Source: Candidatus Bathyarchaeota archaeon
GTDB taxonomy: Archaea > Thermoproteota > Bathyarchaeia > 40CM-2-53-6
Assembly: GCA_005883075.1 (NCBI GenBank)
Contig: VBAX01000048.1
Coordinates: forward strand, 35,475 to 99,474
Direction of reading: 5' to 3'
Length of the DNA stretch: 64,000 nucleotides
The translations under genes were made by a program, and so were the position numbers. Shown here in pieces: positions 56,773 through 64,000 of this stretch (positions are counted from its first letter, which is position 1; the number at the start of each line of letters is the position of its first letter). The notes beneath the pieces were generated by a model that was not told the DNA's origin, did not search any database, and was given only the letters and a program-made list of their open reading frames with translations.

Positions 56773-58209
56773 TCAATCAGTCTTATTTCTGATGACGCCC
56801 TTTTTCCACGCAACCGCTGAAAGCGCCACAATGCTAGTAAGTGCAGTGGCAGCGGCGGCTGTAGTAAGGGCCGGTCCCTGCGCGCTCAGCCACGTTGGCT
56901 TCACTTCAAATGTTGTTAAAGCCGACGCGTCCTGAACATTTGCCGCGTGAGCCAGTGCGACGATAGAGTATGTTCCTATGAGTCCAGTACTCGGAATAGC
57001 ATAAGTTGCCTTGAAGAGGCCGCTTCCGATGAATGTGCTAGCAATGGTAATGTCGGTTCCGTCAGGTTTCGTTAATGTTAGTTGCAATTGGACGGTTGTC
57101 GAGTTTAGAGGGGTCCCGCTAAGGGTTGCAAGGGTATAGACCGCGACAGTGTCTCCTGGAAAGTACAGAGTTCCCACGTCAACAGTCAGAGCCAAAGCAT
57201 TGATTTGAGTAACTTGAAAACTTGCGACAGCAGATGTCCCTGTTATTTCGTCCAGTGCTTTTACCAAGTGCGCACCTACTTGTGCGTCCGGGACGTCGAA
57301 GGTGAATCTGAATGTCCCGTTCGTCGTGGTCGCGAAGCCCGATAGCATGTCATCGAAAGTTACCATGACCGTGCCGGGGCCGTAGGTTGAAGTCGGGAAT
57401 CCTGAGCCCTGAACTAGAACTTTGGTTCCAATAGGACCAATTGAGGGATTGAGCATGATAGCGGGGCAGGCCGCACTTCCTCGGCTCAAGGTAAAGTTGT
57501 CAAATGCAACCTTCACGAAGGTATGTGTGAAGGCGAAGTCGTGGCTCCACGCGACTATGTCAAGATGTATATCTTGCGTAATCGAGGGGCCAGTGTGGAT
57601 TGTAACCCAGTTTCCAGAACTCAGGTAGTAACCGGTTTCGGACCCAGCAGACCTAACCAGCCTTAGACTCCCTGAAATGTCAGAGGTTGGAATCAGTCCG
57701 TGAACCCGGTCGAGAAAATCCGTTAAGTACACTTCCCTGGGAACGCCTGGCGCGTCACCAGTCGGGCTTCCAAAACTTGTTCGCTCAGCCGCGAAAGGTG
57801 GAGTGGTGAAGAAGTCTGAGGCGAAGAATGGCCCGGGAGTGGATGCGAGTCCAACTCTCACTCCGTTGGAAAAAGTCCAGTTTACAAGTCGAAAGTTGAC
57901 TTGGGCATCGAAATCTCCTTTCACAGTGCATCGACTAGATAGCCCAGCTCCAAAGATGCCCAGCGACGGATCATTGGCAGAATTGGTTGGAAAGGACACC
58001 TCAACCGTTTGATTGACAACGGTCGCTGACGGACCAAATCCTGCTTGTGTCGCAATCCACAAGGAACCGTTGAGGTTGTCCCCGAGCGAGGCGAGTTTGC
58101 CCTGGTCGGATTGAACCGCCTTCGTGATAGTCGGCTTCATCAAGCTGATTCCGAGCACTACAAAGATGGAGACGATGATTAACAGAGAAGCTGCCGCGCG
58201 TTTGTCCAT
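56773..58209 (-). CDS. Secreted cell-surface protein with N-terminal signal/anchor, IPT/TIG-like domain and C-terminal TM anchor
   Basis: N-terminal hydrophobic segment, NPSIGPIGTKVLVQGSGFP (IPT-like), Thr/Ser-rich beta regions, and a C-terminal TM followed by a basic tail. Confidence 0.55.
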   Translation of the reverse strand: MDKRAAASLLIIVSIFVVLGISLMKPTITKAVQSDQGKLASLGDNLNGSLWIATQAGFGPSATVVNQTVEVSFPTNSANDPSLGIFGAGLSSRCTVKGDFDAQVNFRLVNWTFSNGVRVGLASTPGPFFASDFFTTPPFAAERTSFGSPTGDAPGVPREVYLTDFLDRVHGLIPTSDISGSLRLVRSAGSETGYYLSSGNWVTIHTGPSITQDIHLDIVAWSHDFAFTHTFVKVAFDNFTLSRGSAACPAIMLNPSIGPIGTKVLVQGSGFPTSTYGPGTVMVTFDDMLSGFATTTNGTFRFTFDVPDAQVGAHLVKALDEITGTSAVASFQVTQINALALTVDVGTLYFPGDTVAVYTLATLSGTPLNSTTVQLQLTLTKPDGTDITIASTFIGSGLFKATYAIPSTGLIGTYSIVALAHAANVQDASALTTFEVKPTWLSAQGPALTTAAAATALTSIVALSAVAWKKGVIRNKTD

Positions 58210-58310
58210 AACGAGAGAGCCTTCATCGTATCTCTTTGTTTTAAGAAATTAAACGTTCCTATTGAAATGGCCGAGGTTCTTTCCTTTGAAAGTAGGCTAT
58301 GAGGGGGCGG

Positions 58311-58505
58311 TCACCTTTTCGTCTTCAGATGCTCTTCTATCGTCCTGAGTTTGCTCTCTATGACTGTTAATCTGTCAAGTATCTCTTTGAGGATTCGGAC
58401 GCTTTCGTCGTTTCTCGGTACGTACTGGCTCGATGGTCTAAGGGGTGATGGGATCGGTTCAATGGGTGTCGGATGCAACGGGTCAAACGGTCTTCTGGGT
58501 TCCAT
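58311..58505 (-). CDS. Small Pro-rich / coiled-coil protein, hypothetical
   Basis: 64 aa. The C-terminal heptad-like stretch is ILKEILDRLTVIESKLRTIEEHL. Confidence 0.3.
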   Translation of the reverse strand: MEPRRPFDPLHPTPIEPIPSPLRPSSQYVPRNDESVRILKEILDRLTVIESKLRTIEEHLKTKR

Positions 58506-58593
58506 TTGTGCAGGCCATTATCGAAGGGACTGTTTTGACTCTTTCCCTAAAAGGGATGTCGATAAGCGGTGGCGGACTCACCTGAAAGATGGC

Positions 58594-59043
58594 TCAGCCG
58601 AAGTATTTGCGAACCATCTTAACGCCAACATCGCTAGCGGCCCATTTTTCTCCGTTGAACTTGACCGCTCCCAGTCTCTCAAGATTGGCTAGGTGCTCTC
58701 CAAGTTTCTCGGCTGGAAATCCTTTCTCCTTGTGTCCAGGATATACGTCTCCCAGCGCTTTCGCGACTTCCTTTGCGCTCTTCGGAGTCTCGCAGATCCT
58801 GACGATCTGAATGTTCACCTCGGTTGTAGTGAGGATCCGGAAGATTTCCTCTTCTGAGAGACGGGGTTTTGTCATGAAACTTACCGCACCTGATGCCTGG
58901 GTTGGACCGGTCTTCGGCCCGTGTCTCCTCCGGCGGATAATCCGGTAGCTAATTACACCCCAGGTCGCGGCAAGGAGAGACCAGAGGAATGTCGGGTTCC
59001 CTAGAAGACCGACGATATCTTCGAATTGCAAGGTCATCACCAT
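58594..59043 (-). CDS. Membrane-anchored winged-helix (ArsR-like) protein
   Basis: One N-terminal TM (FLWSLLAATWGVISYRII), then a wHTH (ICETPKSAKEVAKALG...LANLERLGAV). Its start is 4 nt from the upstream KaiC-like gene stop. Confidence 0.5.
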   Translation of the reverse strand: MVMTLQFEDIVGLLGNPTFLWSLLAATWGVISYRIIRRRRHGPKTGPTQASGAVSFMTKPRLSEEEIFRILTTTEVNIQIVRICETPKSAKEVAKALGDVYPGHKEKGFPAEKLGEHLANLERLGAVKFNGEKWAASDVGVKMVRKYFG

Positions 59044-59047
59044 TGTT

Positions 59048-59758
59048 CTATCTCACCCTGTGAAGTGCTGCCATCTCTATTCCTGCAGGACCTACGCGGT
59101 ACGCGTAGACCTTCATGTCGCCCAGTGCACCAGGCATCTTCAATACTCGCATCTTCCTCGCATAATCCTCACTCCCGAACGGTTCGGTTGACAAGTCGAC
59201 AACGCCATCACTTAGGTGCTGAACGGTATTCTCGATGTGCTCGGTGTGAATTCCCTTCGAGGCTAGCAACAACGCTAATCCTCCCGTGGATCTGACGTGA
59301 TTCTGCAAGATCTTCAGAGTTTGCTCGACCGCTGGAAACGGTGCTGAACGGATAATATCGCTCAGACTGTCAATCACGATGGTTGTTGTCCCCAGAGGTG
59401 TGATAACCCGGGGAAACTCTTTGGCTAGCAGGTTGGCGGGGCCGATATCCCACGAGACCTCGCCGGATATCTTTTCCTTCTTCATGCTGAAGCTGTCAAT
59501 GAACCACATCTTCCTCTTCTCAAAATAACTATCAAGGCTCCAGCCGAACACGGCCATCTCGGCGACAACATCTTCCCACGACCGGCCTGTTGTGAAGTAG
59601 ACAGCCGGCCTGCCTTCCCTCAAACCTTGGTAGAGGATCTGTTCGGCGCAGGCGGTCATTCCGGTATCCGCTTCGCCGAGAAACGTGATTATGCTGCCTG
59701 AGGGTAGGCCGCCGAGCGACTCGTCGAAAGCTCCGATTCCACTCCTGATATTTGCCAT
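59048..59758 (-). CDS. KaiC-like RecA-superfamily protein with a degenerate Walker A
   Basis: GIGAFDESLGGLPSGSIITFLGEADTGMT. The P-loop lysine is replaced (GKT to GMT). The rest of the KaiC-like fold is recognisable. Confidence 0.7.
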   Translation of the reverse strand: MANIRSGIGAFDESLGGLPSGSIITFLGEADTGMTACAEQILYQGLREGRPAVYFTTGRSWEDVVAEMAVFGWSLDSYFEKRKMWFIDSFSMKKEKISGEVSWDIGPANLLAKEFPRVITPLGTTTIVIDSLSDIIRSAPFPAVEQTLKILQNHVRSTGGLALLLASKGIHTEHIENTVQHLSDGVVDLSTEPFGSEDYARKMRVLKMPGALGDMKVYAYRVGPAGIEMAALHRVR

Positions 59759-59940
59759 TTTTTCTATCTCTATCCTTCTAGTGTCCCTGATGGCCCTGCC
59801 TGTTCGGGTACTGGTCGCGGTACCCTTCTTGGTATTCTGCTTGGTCGGAGGCTGGTTGTTCCACTTGAACCCCTTGTTCCACTACCCCTGCCCCTTGGGA
59901 TACTGGGATGTTACCTCTCACGACTTCTTCGATGTCCGCG

Positions 59941-60738
59941 CTACCGCCGGCTTCGGCGCTTTCTCCCGCTACTGCTGTGGAGGCGCCTGCGGCTAACACT
60001 TCGAACTCCGACTGGGCCTTTGATGATGATGCCGTCGGGTCCGATGGCGAAGGCGTAGTCGTTTAGGCTGTGGCTTGTTCCACGCATCTTCCGGACGAAC
60101 AGCTTCCGTATCGGCGAGCTCTGGCGGACGAGTGATAAGACCATGACTCCAGTTGCTAGGAATTCTTCGATACCGAATCGGCTGATGAGTCCTGAGCCTT
60201 CAACGATTTCCGTGGTCATCAGTGTGGTGCATCCGACGTCTTTCAATAGAAGTCCGACCTCGAGGAATATCTCTCGTAGAGTGTTCAAGTCGGTTACGCG
60301 GAAGCCGAATCCTGGCAGTGAGTCAACGACGAGTCTTGTTGCTCCTAGTTGTTCGACGAGTATTTTGACTTCTGATAGTTTTGATCGTAGGTTGTAGAGG
60401 ATTGACTGGAGGCTTTCTTGTTCGGTGATTTCTGATTCGACGCGTTGGTAGACGGCGTCGACCATGCCGATTTTTTTCTCGTTTTCTAGTTTCTTGAAGT
60501 CCCATCCGAATCGTAGCATGTTCGCCTTGAATTCGGAGGGTGGTTCTTCGGTGCTGACGTAGACTCCGGGTTCGCCGAACTTTGTGGCTCCTTTGTAGAG
60601 GTATTGTCCGCAGCATATTGTCTTCCCGCAGCCTGCTCCTCCTGCTAGGAGGACTCGGGCGCCTTTGGGGAAGCCGCCTTCGAGAACGTGGTCCAGGCCT
60701 GGGATCCCAGTATGGACCCTTTCGATCGCAGTTTCCAT
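59941..60738 (-). CDS. KaiC-like ATPase (intact Walker A/B)
   Basis: GIPGLDHVLEGGFPKGARVLLAGGAGCGKT, and a Walker B-like LVVDS. The last ~25 aa are Arg-rich and may be out of frame. Confidence 0.8.
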   Translation of the reverse strand: METAIERVHTGIPGLDHVLEGGFPKGARVLLAGGAGCGKTICCGQYLYKGATKFGEPGVYVSTEEPPSEFKANMLRFGWDFKKLENEKKIGMVDAVYQRVESEITEQESLQSILYNLRSKLSEVKILVEQLGATRLVVDSLPGFGFRVTDLNTLREIFLEVGLLLKDVGCTTLMTTEIVEGSGLISRFGIEEFLATGVMVLSLVRQSSPIRKLFVRKMRGTSHSLNDYAFAIGPDGIIIKGPVGVRSVSRRRLHSSSGRKRRSRR

Positions 60739-60926
60739 AATGGACCATGGCTAGGGCGGCTAGAAGCTACCATAAGGCTACAGTAACCCTGTGGCCAATC
60801 CACAGGTTACACCACCAATCATCGCCGATCAGACCCTTCCAAGAAGGCAGGCGCTTAACGGACAACCTTCGCTGTCTATTTTCTTCGATCGTTCGCTACT
60901 TGGCGAGATAATGGGGCCGGGGCTGA

Positions 60927-60992
60927 TTTCACGAAGGGAGAACCTCCGGGCTGTGACCGGTGAACGTGGATTCCCAGCGTTTTCACGAAGGG
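60927..60992. repeat. Direct 12-nt repeat TTTCACGAAGGG x2 inside an ORF-poor structured region
   Basis: Exact copies at 60927-60938 and 60981-60992, 54 nt apart. Confidence 0.6.
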
Positions 60993-61376
60993 CGCGGCGC
61001 GGGAAAAACGGCCACCCCGGGGGGTCGAGAAAAGAATGCTTTTTTTCGAAAGAGACCACGGCGCTTGGAAGTCCATACGGGGCTTCAAAAAATGTACACT
61101 ATTCCTCCTAGGGTAGCGTTGGCCCAGCCCGTTTTCGGAGATTGGATACCTAGGTAGAATCATGCGGCGGTAGAGGCGAGTCAGCAACCTTTCGAAACTA
61201 GAGTCACCAAGCCCACCACGTGTAAGCCAGCTTTGAATTGCGACAATATGAAACCAGGTGATGCTGATTATTTCTTGGATCCCCCATCGCCGAGAAAACG
61301 AGCATTCTCCCTCTTGCTTCCCCAAAGGGTTTTTAGCATGAGGACTGGGGCTCCTCGAAGCTTCCGGTGAAAAAGG

Positions 61377-61844
61377 ATGCCAGAACGAGGATACTCAGTT
61401 ACGGGCTTGGACCCAGACCGTACTGTAAAGTGTTCTGGCCGCGAACTCCGCATATCACCGAAAGCATCCGTGGAGCTGTGTCGCACAATCAGGGGGATGA
61501 AGCTCACTGACGCGAAGAGGCTTCTCGAACGCGTTATCGAACTCAAACAGGCGGTCGCCTATCGCCGGTTTCACAAGGAAGTCCCGCATCGGCGACAGCT
61601 CAACGAGCATTTCTATGCGGGCCGTTTTCCACAGAAAGCCGCTGGCAGACTCTTCAAGCTTCTAGAGGAGTTGGAAGCAAACGCCGAGTATAGGAATCTC
61701 GACACGGAAAGGCTCAAGATAATTCATGCGGCCGCGCAGCGCGGGACTAAGATTCCGAAGAGGAATCCGAGAGCTTTCGGTCGATCTGATCTTTTGCAGG
61801 GAACTATGACGCATATCGAACTTGTCGGCTACGAGCTGGAATAA
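61377..61844 (+). CDS. rpl22: Ribosomal protein uL22
   Basis: The pattern GRELRISPKASVELCRTIRGMKL...HIELV is typical of archaeal L22. Confidence 0.95.
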   Translation: MPERGYSVTGLDPDRTVKCSGRELRISPKASVELCRTIRGMKLTDAKRLLERVIELKQAVAYRRFHKEVPHRRQLNEHFYAGRFPQKAAGRLFKLLEELEANAEYRNLDTERLKIIHAAAQRGTKIPKRNPRAFGRSDLLQGTMTHIELVGYELE

Positions 61845-61848
61845 TTCT

Positions 61849-62592
61849 TTGTCAGTTACCAAGTATTTTGTCAAAGACGTTTCTCGACGCCTCGAAATTG
61901 ACGAGCACCTCGCACTCGAGCTGAAACGTGCAGGATACAGTCATGTCGAGCTCACAAAGAGTCCTGTGGGCACGCGAGTCGTCATCTACGCCGCGAAGCC
62001 AGGAATGGTTATTGGCCGAAGAGGCCAGAGCATTAGAGATCTAACGAAAGTTTTGGAGGAGAAATTCCATATTGAAAATCCCCAGCTTTCCGTTGCGAAT
62101 ATCGAGGTCCCTGAGCAGGATCCCAAGGTCGTCGCGTCCCAGGTTTCTCAGGCCCTCCAGCGAGGCGTCCACTTCCGCCGAGCCGCGTACTGGGCTATTC
62201 AGAGGGTAATGGAGTCCCAAGCCCTCGGCGTCGAGATCACGATTAGAGGAAAACTTACAACCGAAAGATCACGATTCGAGAAGTTCAAGGCGGGCTACCT
62301 CCCTCGGGTTGGAGATCCAGTGTTAAAGAGTGTGAAGACAGCGGTCGCCGATGTTCAGCTGAAGCAGGGCCTGTTCGGGATCAACGTTCGCATTCTACCA
62401 CCGCAGATCGATTACATTGACAAGCCGATCATGCTAACCCCGCCCGCAGAGACCGCCCGCCAACCGGCGGCACCAGCGAAGGAAGTTGAACCAGTGGCCA
62501 TGCCCGAGGCCGTGGTCGAGGTAGAGACCACAGCTGGGGATGTTGCGGTTGTCGTGGAGGATAAGGAGGAAGTGGAAACTGGCGATTCTTAG
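61849..62592 (+). CDS. rps3: Ribosomal protein uS3
   Basis: KH domain GMVIGRRGQSIRDL. The start is set at TTG 61849 (MSVTKYFVKD), 4 nt after the L22 stop. Confidence 0.95.
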   Translation: MSVTKYFVKDVSRRLEIDEHLALELKRAGYSHVELTKSPVGTRVVIYAAKPGMVIGRRGQSIRDLTKVLEEKFHIENPQLSVANIEVPEQDPKVVASQVSQALQRGVHFRRAAYWAIQRVMESQALGVEITIRGKLTTERSRFEKFKAGYLPRVGDPVLKSVKTAVADVQLKQGLFGINVRILPPQIDYIDKPIMLTPPAETARQPAAPAKEVEPVAMPEAVVEVETTAGDVAVVVEDKEEVETGDS

Positions 62593-62797
62593 AAAGCGCG
62601 AGCTCAACCAGATGCTTCCTGAGGAGCGACGGAAGAAGGTAACAGAACTGCGAGCGGAACTAACTAGCATCCGAACATCCGTAAAGTCTGGCGGAACAGT
62701 GGAGAATCCGGCGCGTATACGGGAGCTCCGCAAGACAATTGCCCGCTTGTTGACAGCAGACAACTCACCTACGAAAACAACACCGGAGTCGGCTTAG
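62540..62797 (+). CDS. rpl29: Ribosomal protein uL29 (start uncertain; conserved N-terminus begins near 62579)
   Basis: AILRKRELNQM...ELRAELTSIR...ENPARIRELRKTIARLLT. The only canonical starts (TTG 62540/62546) add a 13-aa extension that overlaps rps3. Confidence 0.85.
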   Translation: MLRLSWRIRRKWKLAILRKRELNQMLPEERRKKVTELRAELTSIRTSVKSGGTVENPARIRELRKTIARLLTADNSPTKTTPESA

Positions 62798-62801
62798 GCC
62801 C

Positions 62802-63077
62802 ATGATCACCGCGCAGAATATTACAGCTCACGAATGGATCGGACTCAAGGTCAAGGTATCAAAATCCACAGACCCTACTCTCCAAGGACTGGAGGGTATC
62901 GTCCGAGACGAGACCATGAACACGTTCACGATAGAAGTTAACGGAAAACTCCGACAGGTCCAGAAACAAAAGACAACTTTCCGAGCAGAGCTGTCGACCG
63001 AAAATGTCGAAGTCAATGGCTCTCTCCTGCGATTCCGGCCTGAGGATAGAGTGAAGAAGGGGTTGCGTAAATGGTAG
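62802..63077 (+). CDS. rnp1: RNase P protein component 1 (Rpp29/Pop4)
   Basis: HEWIGLKVKVSKSTDPTLQGLEGIVRDETMNTFTI. It sits in the conserved position between L29 and S17. Confidence 0.85.
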   Translation: MITAQNITAHEWIGLKVKVSKSTDPTLQGLEGIVRDETMNTFTIEVNGKLRQVQKQKTTFRAELSTENVEVNGSLLRFRPEDRVKKGLRKW

Positions 63078-63406
63078 TCCGAAACACCGGTCTAGACGTA
63101 AAACCGCCGAAGACAGGATGTAACGATCCCCTTTGCCCATTTCACGGACACCTCTCGGTCAGAGGAAGAGTCTTTGAGGGAACTGTAGCTGGCTCGCGAT
63201 CCCCCAAGACCGTCTCAGTAGAACGCGCATACCTACACTACTACACGAAATACAGCAGGTACGAGAGGCGGAGAAGCAAGACTCTCGCCCACAACCCACC
63301 CTGCATCTCGGCGGCAGAAGGCGACAAGGTTACAATTGCAGAATGTAGGCCTCTAAGCAAAGAGGTCACCTTCGTCGTCGTTGAGAAGACAGGAGGCGCA
63401 ACCTAG
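63071..63406 (+). CDS. rps17: Ribosomal protein uS17
   Basis: [17 protein letters not shown]...[11 protein letters not shown]...[14 protein letters not shown]. Confidence 0.95.
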   Translation: MVVRNTGLDVKPPKTGCNDPLCPFHGHLSVRGRVFEGTVAGSRSPKTVSVERAYLHYYTKYSRYERRRSKTLAHNPPCISAAEGDKVTIAECRPLSKEVTFVVVEKTGGAT

Positions 63407-63843
63407 TGCCCGCGCCAAAGACCCGAGCGGTCAGCGCCCGGGGAATGATAGAATACCGACCAAAGGTCGCACGTGGTCTGCCCGTCGGCTCTCGGATGAC
63501 ATGCGCCGACAACACTGGCGCTAAAGAATTGAAGCTCATCAACGTCCGCGGCTACCACGGCCGACTACGACGTGTCCCGGCGGCGTGCGTTGGAGACATG
63601 GTGATGATAACAGTCATGAAAGGCTCACCCAGCCTTCGGAAACAAGTCTTTCCCGCCGTTGTCGTACGACAGGCTAGAGCCATTCGAAGACCTGATGGAA
63701 CACGTCTCAGTTTCGAAGACAACGCCGCGGTCATAATGACCCCTGAGGGAGAGCTCAAAGGCACGGAGATCCGGGGACCTGTAGCGAAGGAGGCTGCTGA
63801 GCGATGGCCCCGAGTCGCGAACCTAGCGAGCACGGTGATCTAG
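63406..63843 (+). CDS. rpl14: Ribosomal protein uL14
   Basis: [15 protein letters not shown]...[11 protein letters not shown] start overlapping the S17 stop. Confidence 0.95.
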   Translation: MPAPKTRAVSARGMIEYRPKVARGLPVGSRMTCADNTGAKELKLINVRGYHGRLRRVPAACVGDMVMITVMKGSPSLRKQVFPAVVVRQARAIRRPDGTRLSFEDNAAVIMTPEGELKGTEIRGPVAKEAAERWPRVANLASTVI

Positions 63844-63845
63844 AA

Positions 63846-64000
63846 TGGTTTCCTCTAAGCCGTCCAAGCAACGGAAGATGTTCTTCAACGCTCCACAGCA
63901 CCGCCGACGACGAATGCTCGCCGCCAGGCTCTCCGACGATCTCACCAAGAACCACAAGGTCCGACGGCTTCCGGTGCGAACCGGTGACAGCGTGCGTGTA
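63846..64000 (+). CDS. rpl24: Ribosomal protein uL24, N-terminal part (runs off the window)
   Basis: My own translation from ATG 63846 gives MVSSKPSKQRKMFFNAPQHRRRRMLAARLSDDLTKNHKVRRLPVRTGDSVRV. There is no stop before the window end. Confidence 0.85.

Noticed and set aside
61066-61231. A specific call of RNase P RNA, based on GGAAGUCC (plus strand, 61067-61074, CR-I-like) and GCUGGCUUAC (minus strand, 61222-61231, CR-V-like). I also considered SRP RNA, based on GUAAC and GGUGAAC-like strings.
   Set aside because: The two RNase P-like motifs are on opposite strands and cannot form P4. The GGAAGUCC string is simply one arm of a local hairpin. I found no helix-8 GNAR/AGCA motif for SRP RNA. 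I kept only a generic structured-RNA candidate.
60791-61325. ORFs of 106 aa (plus strand) and 149 aa (minus strand) in the region upstream of rpl22.
   Set aside because: Both are rich in Arg/Ser/Pro/Gly, have no motifs, and overlap each other on opposite strands in a GC-rich structured region. I treat the region as non-coding.
1-64000. CRISPR arrays, transposases, integrases, prophage or toxin-antitoxin/defence modules.
   Set aside because: I looked for regularly spaced direct repeats and for DDE, tyrosine-recombinase or Cas-like translations in the ORF track and found none. The only compositional island, at 22.9-24.0 kb, has no mobility genes.

Overview
This window looks like an archaeal chromosome segment, probably from a TACK or Thaumarchaeota-related lineage. 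It carries a eukaryote-type topoisomerase IB, Orc1/Cdc6, MCM, GINS, both RFC subunits, Hel308, aIF5A with deoxyhypusine synthase, SRP54, and an L22-S3-L29-Rpp29-S17-L14-L24 ribosomal operon. Coding density is high on both strands, and many neighbouring genes overlap by 1-14 nt at start/stop, which suggests operons. I saw no rRNA, CRISPR array, transposase or integrase.

Main blocks:
- 0-20 kb: metabolism and repair genes.
- 20-23 kb: an aIF5A-DHS-SRP54 operon.
- 22.9-24.0 kb: a conspicuously GC-rich, bacterial-looking oxidoreductase gene.
- 28-35 kb: two ABC transporters.
- 35.2 kb: one 143-nt intron-containing tRNA.
- 39.5-46.8 kb: a replisome gene cluster.
- 47.9-49.1 kb: a second deoxyhypusine-synthase paralog.
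- 50.6-52.4 kb: cdc6, a wHTH gene and a small zinc-finger gene.
- 52.5-56.3 kb: a glycan-modification operon containing a sugar C-methyltransferase.
- 56.8-60.7 kb: a KaiC-like ATPase pair with a membrane-anchored wHTH protein and a surface protein.
- 60.7-61.4 kb: a 640-bp ORF-poor, hairpin-dense region.
- 61.4 kb to the window end: the ribosomal operon.

I found no recognisable defence or mobile system. The best candidates for something undescribed are the KaiC-like module, the unassigned structured region, the multi-intron tRNA and the second DHS paralog.

All functional calls come from motif recognition by eye in the supplied translations. No database search was run.
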